Source: Gaiellaceae bacterium
GTDB lineage: Bacteria > Actinomycetota > Thermoleophilia > Gaiellales > Gaiellaceae
Assembly (NCBI GenBank): GCA_035317565.1
Contig: DATHGN010000086.1
Location: forward strand, 1 to 50,171
Direction of reading: 5' to 3'
Length of the DNA: 50,171 nucleotides
Translations under genes and position numbers: made by a program
Notes under the pieces: model-generated
What the model was told of the DNA's origin: nothing
What the model saw: only the letters and a program-made list of their open reading frames with translations
Database searches by the model: none
In this document: one piece after another, positions 1-8,684 of the stretch
Layout of the letters: each line of letters starts with the position of its first letter
How positions within the stretch are numbered: position 1 is the stretch's first letter

Positions 1-369
1 TCCGCCACGAGGCTGGTGCAGGACACCCCTTAGCCGATCGGGGCAGGCCTAAACCTCTCAGCGTGACTCGGGGGCCGGCGCGGGGGACGCACATCTCGGT
101 GTCGGAGCGCTTGAGCCCCAGCGCCGGCCTCGTGCACCTAACGGCTCTTGTGTCCGTGCCGCCTCTGGGTTAAAGATCGGGCGGGGCGGGCCTGCGGCCT
201 CTGTAACGTGAGCGACTTGTTCTCTCCCCGTCGCCGCGTTGCGACTGTCGCAAAGGCTCTGAGGAGAGTCCTCGGGAAACTCTCCACGCCCGCCCCATCT
301 GTGCGGCAGAGCAAAGTGTTACCGGAGTTCTTGACACGTCCTTGGTCGGGGCGCACACCGATATCCGTG

Positions 370-440
370 TCGAGGTAGCTAGTTGAGCGAAGTGCGTCGG
401 TGGTCGAGCTCGACCTCGGTCACCTCGAGGAGGCCGCGCC
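370..440. repeat. ~70-bp repeat, copy A (partner 805-875, roughly 88% identical)
   Basis: By-eye alignment: TCGAGGTAGCTAGTTGAGCGA and TGGTCGAGCTCGACCTCGGTCACCTCGAGG blocks are identical in both copies. On the minus strand it encodes ...LLEVTEVELDHRRTSLN-stop with no start codon upstream. Confidence 0.8.
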
Positions 441-480
441 GAATCTTGAAACCGAAGCAGCGACGCAGTACGGTCGCAGC

Positions 481-783
481 ATGACCGGGGACAGCATGAC
501 CCCCCCGGGGGACGTATATCCAGGGCCACTTCGCAGGTTCTTAGCGGCGGTCGCAGCGGACCCTGACCCCCTGGATAAGTGGTGGCCGGAAGGCCCGGGC
601 CGAGCGAAGGGGAAGTACAACCATCTCTGGATCAAGCTGAGCCCGGAGCAACAGATTGCCCTCCAAAGCCGCAATCTTGACGAAATCGCGCGGGTGGTCC
701 ACGAGGAGGCTACGAAATTCCCGAAGCCGGGCGAGGAGGTTGACTCGGCTAATGGGTTAGCCTGGGCGCTGGTCCGGGTCTAG
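481..783 (+). CDS. hypothetical protein (about 100 aa, start uncertain)
   Basis: ORF 400..783 trimmed to the ATG at 481. The C-terminal half looks protein-like (LDKWWPEGPG...LSPEQQIALQSRNLDEIARVVHEEA). No family recognised. Confidence 0.35.
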   Translation: MTGDSMTPPGDVYPGPLRRFLAAVAADPDPLDKWWPEGPGRAKGKYNHLWIKLSPEQQIALQSRNLDEIARVVHEEATKFPKPGEEVDSANGLAWALVRV

Positions 784-804
784 GCTCACTCGGGGCAGCA
801 AGAC

Positions 805-875
805 TCGAGGTAGCTAGTTGAGCGAGGTGTGTTCGTGGTCGAGCTCGACCTCGGTCACCTCGAGGCGGCCGCGCC
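805..875. repeat. ~70-bp repeat, copy B (partner 370-440)
   Basis: See copy A. Confidence 0.8.
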
Positions 876-988
876 ACTTGGGGCTCGTCCCGCAGACAAT
901 CCTCGAGCGCACGGCGCGCGTCCTCCTCAGTGATGAAGAGCTCTATCGCTTCCGGGTCGTGAAGCTCGGTGAGCGCGTACAGACGCAT
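814..988 (-). pseudogene. small conserved-looking ORF (~57 aa) with an apparent +1 frameshift in a C-run; contains repeat copy B
   Basis: Track ORF 749..988 starts MRLYALTELHDPEAIELFITEEDARRALEDCLRDEP, then becomes Arg/Pro-rich junk. Removing one C near 880 gives ...DEPKWRGRLEVTEVELDHEHTSLN-stop at 814-816, matching the tail encoded by copy A. Confidence 0.4.
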
Positions 989-1153
989 CGCGTGGGGCCG
1001 TATTCGGCTACCCGTGGCGAAGCAAGCGTTTCAGCGTTTCGACCCCGGTGTTTCGGTGGCCGTGCCGAAGCTCGGCGAGTGCTGACGCAGCGAGCGCCAG
1101 GCGGCCGAGCAGGTCAGATCAAGACCACTCGGGCGTAATAGGCTGCCTGGTCG

Positions 1154-2479
1154 ATGCCGCCCCCGTCTCGGCTTGCAGTGTCGATTGCTGTCGGACTTGC
1201 AGCGACCGTACTCGCCTTCGCGGCCTGGGCCGCGGTCAGGGCACCGTTCGATGCCGGTATCGACCTTCCGATCTACGAGGAGGATACGACGATTCTGCTC
1301 GGGGGGAAGATGCCCTACCGGGATTTCGCGATCGAATACCCGCCCGGAGCGCTGCCGATGTTCGTGCTGCCAGCGGTCATGTTCGGCGACGCGCGCGACG
1401 CGCACTGGTCGCCTCCGAACGACCACGGCTACCGCTACCAGCGTGCTTTCAACTCGCTCGTCGTCGCGCTCACCGCCACCATGGTGATCCTCACCGCTCT
1501 CTCTCTGGACGCTCTCCGGCGCACCACGACGGTCCGGCTGTTCGCGATCGCGGTCGTCGCCTCGTCGCCGCTTCTGATCGGCCACGTGTTCGTCCAGCGC
1601 TACGACGTCTGGCCGGCCGCGCTCACTGCGGCGGCGCTCGCCGCAGCGCTCCACGGACGCTTCCGGCTGGGGGCAGCCGCGCTCGGCCTGGGCGTGGCGG
1701 CGAAGGTGTACCCGTTGCTGCTCTTACCTGTGCTGCTAATCGTGGCCGCGCGCCAGCGAGGAGTTCGCGAGGCGATCACGGCGGCAGCGTCCGCTGTCGC
1801 GGCGGCGGCGCTCGTGTTCGCGCCCTTTGCGATCGCGTCCTGGAACGGGACCTGGCAGATGCTGCGAAACCAACTCAGCGGTGGTCTTCAAGTCGAGACC
1901 GTCACCAGCTCGCTGCTCGTGATCACGCGCCATCTCAGCGACTGGGTAGGGCTGCATACATCCGAGCTAACCGTCCGCCCGGAGCAGCACGGCTTGAACC
2001 GGGCGATCCTCGCGGGAACGGGCACTGAGGCCACAAAGACGGCGCTCAACCTGCTGCTCGTGCTTGCGCTCTGCGTGATCTGGGGCGCGCTCGCGCGCAG
2101 CAGAAACGATCCGCTCGAAGACCTCGTCCGCTACTCGGCGCTTACCGTCGCGGTCGCGCTCGTCCTCGGCACCGTGCTCTCGGCGCAGTACATCACCTGG
2201 CTCGTCCCGCTCGTTCCCCTCGTGGCCGGCCGCCGCGGCGCAGTCGCCACCTCCGCATTCGTCGTCGCGGCCGCACTCACGCACGTTTGGTTTCCGAGCG
2301 CTTTCTACGGCAGCTACCTCGGCCACTTCGACCTCGGCGCGACCTCTCTGCTCTTGGCGCGAAACCTCGCGCTGGTGGCGACGGCCCTTGCGCTCGCGCT
2401 CCCAGGCCCCGGGGCGCTCCGTCGCCTGCTCGTTCCCGAAGCGCGATCCACGTCCGCGGGAGCGTTCGGCCCGACCTAG
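1154..2479 (+). CDS. polytopic membrane glycosyltransferase, GT87/DUF2029-like
   Basis: 441-aa ORF with many TM segments. N-terminal motif GGKMPYRDFAIEYPPGALPMF is typical of DUF2029/GT87 mannosyltransferase-like proteins. Confidence 0.7.
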   Translation: MPPPSRLAVSIAVGLAATVLAFAAWAAVRAPFDAGIDLPIYEEDTTILLGGKMPYRDFAIEYPPGALPMFVLPAVMFGDARDAHWSPPNDHGYRYQRAFNSLVVALTATMVILTALSLDALRRTTTVRLFAIAVVASSPLLIGHVFVQRYDVWPAALTAAALAAALHGRFRLGAAALGLGVAAKVYPLLLLPVLLIVAARQRGVREAITAAASAVAAAALVFAPFAIASWNGTWQMLRNQLSGGLQVETVTSSLLVITRHLSDWVGLHTSELTVRPEQHGLNRAILAGTGTEATKTALNLLLVLALCVIWGALARSRNDPLEDLVRYSALTVAVALVLGTVLSAQYITWLVPLVPLVAGRRGAVATSAFVVAAALTHVWFPSAFYGSYLGHFDLGATSLLLARNLALVATALALALPGPGALRRLLVPEARSTSAGAFGPT

Positions 2480-3060
2480 AGCCGAAGTCTCAGAAAGCGG
2501 CGATTCAGCACAGCCCTGGTTGTCACCAATCGAGAAGCGATATTGGGCTGTTTCTCACTGCCAGAGCCGGAGCGGAACGGGTGGCCGGAGGCGTACTACC
2601 CCCTTGTTCAAGGAAGTAGTAACGCCGAAGGTTCTGCCGTCTGCCGTCGCGTTGACGGTACGGCCATCGGCACGGAAACTCAAACGCGGCCAGGTACGTC
2701 CTTCCCCCGCTCGTTTCCGCCTGCCCAGCGCCTCACGGCGCTAACGACTATGAAGCCGCGCCGGGGCGGGTGCGGCTCTGGTGGCTGAGTCCCTTCCGGC
2801 TTGCGCCTCGTTCTGTATCGACCTGTTCCTGGGCCGCGTGTGCGATGCTGTGGCCGCACTTTCCTGGTGAAAGTTAGGTGCGGGCGGGAGCGTCACCGAA
2901 CTCGGAGCGACGTTCCCGCTGTTTTCTGTTCTCCACGCCGCACCTGCGCGGAGCGCCATACAGCTAGGCCAGGGGCATCACCTCCCCGGCGTGACAAGCA
3001 AACCTGACTAAAAGCTGACTAAGCGGCTCGCGTTGCGGCGGCGTTAGCGGCCAGAGCGCA

Positions 3061-3087
3061 GAAAAACCCGCCGGTAGCAGCGGGTTT
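3061..3087 (-). terminator. intrinsic terminator just 3' of the tRNA-Gly fragment
   Basis: Stem AAACCCGC/GCGGGTTT (3064-3071 / 3080-3087), 8-nt loop, and a TTTTT run on the minus strand. Confidence 0.6.
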
Positions 3088-3092
3088 CGGAA

Positions 3093-3137
3093 AGCGGATG
3101 ATGGGACTCGAACCCACGACCTTCTGCATGGCAAGCA
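3093..3137 (-). repeat. distal att-like repeat: 45-nt exact copy of the tRNA-Gly(GCC) 3' half, with no 5' half
   Basis: AGCGGATGATGGGACTCGAACCCACGACCTTCTGCATGGCAAGCA is identical to 21165-21209. Sequence diverges immediately on both sides. Confidence 0.9.
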
Positions 3138-3316
3138 ACCGAGATGTTTGCCCGGCCATTCCCGTTTGGCTTAGTGAGGCGAATTCGCTTCCTGCTGTTC
3201 CCTGCCGATGCCCTGCGTTTCCACTAGTCCGCTGACCCGTTGCTGACCCGTACGCGGGGGTGCTCCGGGGTGGGGCGTCGGGGTTCGGGATCGGCGTCCG
3301 ACGACTGCCACTCGTC

Positions 3317-3754
3317 TCATTCACTCCCAACGCTTCGACTGGCAAGCATCTTCTCGACCCGGTCCAGCCGCTGATCGATGCTTAGCAGGCGGGCTTCGAT
3401 TCGCACCTCGGCGTCGTCCTCGTCCGCAGCTTGGGCACGCTCGCGTTCCTTAGATGCTCGCGCCACGAAGGTCGAGGTGATCGCGGCGGTGGTGATGGCG
3501 AGGAAAGCGATGCCCTGAAGCATCACGAGGATTGCGACGATTCTCCCGGAGGGGTTCTTCGGTGTGACGTCGCCATAGCCCACCGTCGTCACTGTCTGCA
3601 GGGCCCACCACATGCCGACCCAGACGTTCGAGTACTCGCCATGGTCGAGCAGCCGCATGAACACGCCGCCGGCGACGACCACGACGGTCGTCGCGGTGAC
3701 GATAACGCCGGCAGCGGTCCGGACGGACGGCGGTTCTCTTAGAAACCGCGTCAT
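3317..3754 (-). CDS. two-TM potassium channel (KcsA-like, ion_trans_2)
   Basis: Selectivity filter TVGYGD. Start set at MTRFLREPP (ATG 3754) because the track ORF extension to 4126 is Ser/Arg-rich junk overlapping the next gene. Confidence 0.85.
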   Translation of the reverse strand: MTRFLREPPSVRTAAGVIVTATTVVVVAGGVFMRLLDHGEYSNVWVGMWWALQTVTTVGYGDVTPKNPSGRIVAILVMLQGIAFLAITTAAITSTFVARASKERERAQAADEDDAEVRIEARLLSIDQRLDRVEKMLASRSVGSE

Positions 3755-3794
3755 GCGGCGCTCGATGACGTTCAATCGACCTGTTTGCGGCACG

Positions 3795-4697
3795 CTAGCC
3801 CTTGCGGTCGTTCTCGCCTTGCCGCCATTCGGCCCAGACTGGTCCGAAGACGGCGCAGACCATCGAGATCGTGACGGCGATGAGGATGTAGGCGACGAGC
3901 GCGATGACGACCCCGAACGCGCCGAACGCTTTTCCGTTCTGGTCCAGCGTGGGTCCGATCCAGAGCGGTGAGGTGGCGATCGTCCCGCCGAGCACGAAGG
4001 TCGCGAGGAGCGCCCCGGGTAGAAGTGAGCGAAGCGAGATCGCGCGATGGAGCAGGAAGCGCGGGGTCCAGAGCCAGAAAACCATCGAGCCGGCGATCCA
4101 GACCGGAAGCAGCGCAAGCCACCCACCCGTCCGGAGCCCCGACGCCGACACGGTCAAGAGCGCGACGACTCCGGTGAACGCGAAGAACCAGATCGTGAAC
4201 CGCACCTGGTCGGCCGCCGTGCCTACGTGGATGCGCCAGGCCCGCGCGTAGATGTCCTGGTACTGCTGTCCGATCGACAGTCCCCAGAGCAGGAACCCGA
4301 TCACGATCGTGACAGACGCTGCCACGAGATTGTTCGCAGTGGTGCCAAAGAGGTCGTGGACGAGGCTCGCGGTCGACCCGTTGAGGTTCATGTGCGAGAT
4401 CAGACGGTCCGCGAATGCGTTCTCGTCTCCTTTGGCAAGGTTGAAGATCGCGATGATGACAAGCGCTGTGGGGAACACTGACAGCGTGATGTATGTCGTT
4501 GCCGCTGAGCCTGAGTTACGGCTCGCCTCGAAGTAGCGGCGAAACCAGAGGAGCACAAGCCGGCCGAGGCTCGAATCTGTCCGCTCATGTAGCCAACCTT
4601 GCGCCGCCGCTAGGCGACTGCCGCCTGTGCCGGGAGACTCGGTCACCGGCTGCGAGTCCTGGCCCACGACGGAGGCAGGAGTTTCTGGTGTCGTCAC
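3795..4697 (-). CDS. YihY/BrkB (ribonuclease BN-like) family membrane protein
   Basis: 300 aa, about 6 TM, motif AATTYITLSVFPTALVII typical of the YihY family. Confidence 0.8.
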   Translation of the reverse strand: MTTPETPASVVGQDSQPVTESPGTGGSRLAAAQGWLHERTDSSLGRLVLLWFRRYFEASRNSGSAATTYITLSVFPTALVIIAIFNLAKGDENAFADRLISHMNLNGSTASLVHDLFGTTANNLVAASVTIVIGFLLWGLSIGQQYQDIYARAWRIHVGTAADQVRFTIWFFAFTGVVALLTVSASGLRTGGWLALLPVWIAGSMVFWLWTPRFLLHRAISLRSLLPGALLATFVLGGTIATSPLWIGPTLDQNGKAFGAFGVVIALVAYILIAVTISMVCAVFGPVWAEWRQGENDRKG

Positions 4698-5641
4698 CTA
4701 CGCTCCTTTCGGCTGAGCTGCTCCTGGTAGAGCGAGCTATTGAGTACCGGTGCGGTCACGACGAGCGTTGCGAGCAAATAGATGAAGAAGATCACCGTCG
4801 TCGTGGCGCCGAGACCGCCGTACAGCGATGTCGACTTGTCGAGCTTGGGCACCAGAAAGCTCAGGACCAGCGCGTGGAGCACCGGGATTCCAATGCCAAC
4901 GAGGAGCGCGCCGGGAAGCAGCGCCTTCCAGGGAGCATCTCTGTGCGGAAGATGAAGAGAGACCCAGAGCCACAGCGCCGTGAGCGGTCCGAACGTGAGC
5001 ACGGGAGCGAGGACGCCTGGCCAATCGCCACGGACCCACCACGTCAGCGCGACTATGGCCCAGACCGCCACCAGCACACCGGTGAAAGTCAAAGACCACT
5101 GAAGTGGCTTCGCCTTCTTGGGAGGCTCGTCCCAGACGAGCGAATGAACGAGCTGAACTGCCTTCGCGCCAGAGAATCCCGCCCAGAGGAGGAGGGGCAC
5201 GCCGACCGCGAGGAGCCACCACGAGTTGGAGTGCGCGGAACGCGAAGCGTCGCCGACCGCGTTGCTGATCGCCCCCGGAAGGCCGCCTTTCGAAACCGCT
5301 TTCTCGGTGCTGCCCGCGTTCAGGAAGCCGAGCGCACCTCCGGCGAGCAAACCGAACGGCAGCAGCCACAGGAACAGCCGGTACGCGAGGCCCCCGGCGA
5401 GAACGCTCGCCGCGACGCGCCGGTTTCGTTCCGCCGCTCGAAGGGGGACCGCGAGCGCCACGTGCTTTTCGCTCGCGCTCTTCGCACTCGCCATCGCGCC
5501 CGTGAGCTTTTCGCGCGCACGATCGGCCCGGCCGGCACCGGACGCCTGGTCAGAACCCCCAGCTGCCTCGGCTCGTCGATCCCGGGCGTCGTCGGCGGCC
5601 GCCACATCTGTCTCCGGTTTCCTCATGCCCGCGGCAGGCAT
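4694..5641 (-). CDS. YihY/BrkB family membrane protein (tandem paralog)
   Basis: 315 aa with GGLAYRLFLWLLPFGLL and C-terminal TM bundle ...LYGGLGATTTVIFFIYL. Its 3' end overlaps the downstream paralog's start by 4 nt. Confidence 0.75.
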   Translation of the reverse strand: MPAAGMRKPETDVAAADDARDRRAEAAGGSDQASGAGRADRAREKLTGAMASAKSASEKHVALAVPLRAAERNRRVAASVLAGGLAYRLFLWLLPFGLLAGGALGFLNAGSTEKAVSKGGLPGAISNAVGDASRSAHSNSWWLLAVGVPLLLWAGFSGAKAVQLVHSLVWDEPPKKAKPLQWSLTFTGVLVAVWAIVALTWWVRGDWPGVLAPVLTFGPLTALWLWVSLHLPHRDAPWKALLPGALLVGIGIPVLHALVLSFLVPKLDKSTSLYGGLGATTTVIFFIYLLATLVVTAPVLNSSLYQEQLSRKERR

Positions 5642-5647
5642 TCGCAG

Positions 5648-6379
5648 CTAATCGAGGGTGTGGATCGTGAAGGCGACCGCGAACCCGAGCGTCGTCACGA
5701 CTCCGACGAACTTGCCTCCGTGCTCGTAGGCCTCGGGCATCATCGTCTCCGCGAGCATGGTGAGGATCGCACCACCTGCAAAGGCGAGAACGAAGGCGGT
5801 GGTGCCGGGTGAGGAATCTTGGAAAAGCCCGTAGCCCGCCAGCGAGGCGAGCCCGGAGATGAGTGCGATCGCGGTCCACATCCACAGGATTCGTGACTTC
5901 TTCCATCCGCTTGTGGCGAGGCCGGCGGTCGAGGAGATCGACTCCGGCAGGTTCGAGATGAAGACCGCAGCCAGGTAGGCGGCGCCCACCGCTCCGCCTT
6001 CGAAGATCGTCAGGCCGATCACCATCGACTCTGGGATCCCGTCGAGCACGCTTCCGAGGACGATCGAGAGCGACGAGCCGCCCTCCTGGTTGCCGCTTGG
6101 GTCCTTACGTTGACTGCCCCCGAGGCGGTCGATCAGCCGGTCGCCGCCGAAGAAGACCAGACAGCCGGCGAAGAAACCCCCGACGACCCAGCCGTGACCG
6201 GATGACTTGTCGACCGCCTCCTGGACGAGATCGAACGAGATCGCGCTGATCAGCACGCCCGAGCCGAAGGCCATGATCAGCCCGATCGTGCGCAGGCCGA
6301 TGCTGAAGATCAGCGCAACAATCGCGCCGATCACGAGCGACGAAGCAGCCAGGGTCCCCCAACCGAAGGCGGCACCCAT
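5648..6379 (-). CDS. ZIP family metal transporter (ZupT-like)
   Basis: 243 aa, about 8 TM, motifs DGIPESMVIGL and ISNLPESISS. Confidence 0.85.
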   Translation of the reverse strand: MGAAFGWGTLAASSLVIGAIVALIFSIGLRTIGLIMAFGSGVLISAISFDLVQEAVDKSSGHGWVVGGFFAGCLVFFGGDRLIDRLGGSQRKDPSGNQEGGSSLSIVLGSVLDGIPESMVIGLTIFEGGAVGAAYLAAVFISNLPESISSTAGLATSGWKKSRILWMWTAIALISGLASLAGYGLFQDSSPGTTAFVLAFAGGAILTMLAETMMPEAYEHGGKFVGVVTTLGFAVAFTIHTLD

Positions 6380-6554
6380 CTAGTGCTGCTCTCTGCTCGC
6401 TACGGCAACCGGTGTGGATGCTGCACCGACCGCGGCACCGGCGGGTGTGCTACACGGGCCGAGAAGAAGCTCAGCCTCCTTGCCGTGCGCAGCTACCTCC
6501 ACGGTTGCCCTGTCCGTTTCTGACCCGCCTCGGCGCCACTTCGGCTTGAGACCA

Positions 6555-8153
6555 CTAGTCCAGGGCTTCGATCTCGCTCGGCCGCCACGTCTTGTCGAAG
6601 AACGGCTGCAGCGGATTGTAGAGCCGGAGGATCGGGAACCAGCCCTTGTCGGGGTTGGTTTGCAGCCAGTTCGATTCTTTGCCCTCGGGTGCGGTGGGAC
6701 CGAAGTAGATGTCGGTCGAGCCGTCGGTATTGGTTTCGACCGTACCCGACTGACTGCCGAGGTCCGGCATCCCTTGGTCGGTCTGGAGCATGGAGCGCGT
6801 CTGACGGTCATAGGCCATCACCGACCAGAACCGGCTCTCGGGGATGTCGGGAGGCAACGTGATCCGGTAGGAGCGCGCACCGTCGAGGTAGTCGCCATTG
6901 GAGTCGCGTGTGGCGAAGATGTATTGCGAGCCGATCCCGGTGAGTCGCATACACATCGCCGGAGTGACGCCGGTGTATGCGTAGAAGAACGCGATGCGGG
7001 CGTTGTGCTTGCGGGCGCCGTCGCTCGGGGACTGCTCGACCCCCTTCGGAGTGATCAGCGGCGGGGGTGTGAGGAACTCATAGCCCTCCCACATCATGGT
7101 GAACCACGCCGAGCCCGGGTAGAACGCCCAGCCTTCTTGTTCGCGCGGGTCGAGAGCCAGCGTGCGGGCGGTCGCGTTGCCCACTTTGACCGCGTCGCTG
7201 AGGATCTTGCGCATCCGCGCGTCAGGTGCAAACGGTTGCCCCTTGACGATCCCGACCGAAGCGAGCAGGCCGAGGATCTCGGGGTTTCCCGCCTCCACCG
7301 GCTCCGTTTGTACAACTTCGTTGATGAGGTCCCAGTACGAGTCATCGACCGGCGGCACCGTGTTGAACGACTTGTGGACCGCGTCGACGAAGCGGGTCGG
7401 CGCCGGTTCGGTCGCAGGTGCGAACGGGCCCGCACCGAAGAGGTACGTCGAGACCGGCGACCCCACCCCGCCAGGCTGGTACGGATAGATCTTCAACCCG
7501 TTGCGGATGACTTCGTCAGCCGGTGCGGGGTCGTTGTCAACCTTGAACGCTCGAGCGAACCACCACGCCCGCGTCGTGCGGCAATGCGACACGAAGTACC
7601 CATCGTCCGGTAGCGGACCGTCATAACCCGGTCCGACGATGAGGTAACGCCCGCCGGTACCTCGGTCCCGCCCCGGGAGCCCCATGTCAGTCACCCAGTT
7701 GAACCACATGTCGTCGACCCCACCCAGGATCCCAGTCGGCGGACCCAACGCCGGCAGTTCGACGACCATCGGGCCGTTCGTCAGGTCCAGGAACGAGATG
7801 TAGTAGAGCGTGTCGCAGTTCGCGGTCAGGAACAGCGACTGCGAGTCCATCAACTCGGGGAACGCCAGTACGTCGTTGTCCTCGACGCCGATGCTCAAGA
7901 ATCCTTGGCGCATCGCCGCCAGCGACGCTCCGGGGAAGCTGTTGATGAACGCCTCGACGCCGTGCATGAGGTCGAGGTTGTCGTAAAGCAGCGCAGCCGT
8001 CTCCTCAGACGGTGCGCCGTCGTCGAACTTCAACGTCCCGAGGCTTGTCTCGACCCGATCGGGGGTCGAAATCGACTTCAGCGTCTCGGCCGAAACGCCC
8101 TGCTTCACGGCAACGCCCATCACGCCCTCCTCACTCAGACAATCGAGGCTCAA
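6555..8153 (-). CDS. DUF1254/DUF1214 domain protein
   Basis: 532 aa. C-terminus WFPILRLYNPLQPFFDKTWRPSEIE is typical of DUF1214. Paralog of 8685..10256. The start may be the internal MGVAVKQ (8120). Confidence 0.8.
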   Translation of the reverse strand: MSLDCLSEEGVMGVAVKQGVSAETLKSISTPDRVETSLGTLKFDDGAPSEETAALLYDNLDLMHGVEAFINSFPGASLAAMRQGFLSIGVEDNDVLAFPELMDSQSLFLTANCDTLYYISFLDLTNGPMVVELPALGPPTGILGGVDDMWFNWVTDMGLPGRDRGTGGRYLIVGPGYDGPLPDDGYFVSHCRTTRAWWFARAFKVDNDPAPADEVIRNGLKIYPYQPGGVGSPVSTYLFGAGPFAPATEPAPTRFVDAVHKSFNTVPPVDDSYWDLINEVVQTEPVEAGNPEILGLLASVGIVKGQPFAPDARMRKILSDAVKVGNATARTLALDPREQEGWAFYPGSAWFTMMWEGYEFLTPPPLITPKGVEQSPSDGARKHNARIAFFYAYTGVTPAMCMRLTGIGSQYIFATRDSNGDYLDGARSYRITLPPDIPESRFWSVMAYDRQTRSMLQTDQGMPDLGSQSGTVETNTDGSTDIYFGPTAPEGKESNWLQTNPDKGWFPILRLYNPLQPFFDKTWRPSEIEALD

Positions 8154-8628
8154 GAAGTACCAAGGAACTACTCAGACCTAGTCCGAGCACCGTAGGCGTT
8201 CACGCCGCAACGCAACATCATCCAAACTGTATGAAGCGACTCGTCAGTCTTCTGATTGCGACGGGTGGCCGAAATCCGCTACTGCCTGTTCGCTTCAGCG
8301 GAGCTCGATAACTGTGTCTCCACAGTCGAAGTTCAGGCAAAGGATCCGAAGCCACCAGAGTGTTCAAATGCTGACGCGAATGGTCTCTCGCGGGTGTGTA
8401 AGCAGCCCCGCTTTCGTTGGGTTCTCCTCAGCAGCTCCGGCATGCGTTCACGAATCGATCCCCGCGCTGAGTGGCAAGTGCCTCGCACGACATGCACAAC
8501 AGGTCTGGAAACTGTCGAGTCGCGGCGGCGGGAATCGAGTCCTGCAAGGTTTCAAACGGCTTGGACAGTAGTAAGCGGGACGGAGGTTCATACGATCAGG
8601 ATGAGGAAGCGGGGTTAGGTCCTCTTTA

Positions 8629-8662
8629 CGTTCTCGGCTAAGAGCCGTTCTCGGCTACGAGC
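8629..8662 (+). promoter_or_regulatory. tandem 17-nt direct repeat (2 units) upstream of 8685 CDS
   Basis: CGTTCTCGGCTAAGAGC / CGTTCTCGGCTACGAGC, 16/17 identical, ending 22 nt before the ATG and just upstream of the AGGAGG RBS. Confidence 0.45.
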
Positions 8663-8684
8663 CGGAGTAGGAGGAGGGACCGCA

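Noticed and set aside
1-370. Structured GC-rich non-coding stretch, possibly RNase P RNA, tmRNA, SRP RNA or a riboswitch
   Set aside because: Several long-range complementarities are visible, for example GGCCGGCGC at 74-82 with GCGCCGGCC at 121-129, and GGGCGGGGCGGG near 180-190 with CCCGCCCC near 288-295. None of the universally conserved motifs I can recall for RNase P (GAGGAAAGTCC), tmRNA, SRP (GGAAGCAGC), TPP or B12 elements is present. This cannot be assigned without an Infernal scan.
1031-2326. ORFs 1031..1654(-), 1048..2028(+) and 1967..2326(-) overlapping the GT87 gene
   Set aside because: These are alternative-frame or antisense ORFs with Arg-rich translations. Only the 1154..2479 frame gives a coherent multi-TM protein with the DUF2029-type motif.
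3755-4126. N-terminal extension of the K+ channel ORF
   Set aside because: It is Ser/Arg/Pro-rich and overlaps the 3' end of the upstream YihY gene. The channel fold is complete from MTRFL at 3754.
8629-8662. CRISPR-like array
   Set aside because: There are only two 17-nt units with no spacers. No other regularly spaced repeats and no cas genes occur anywhere in the window.
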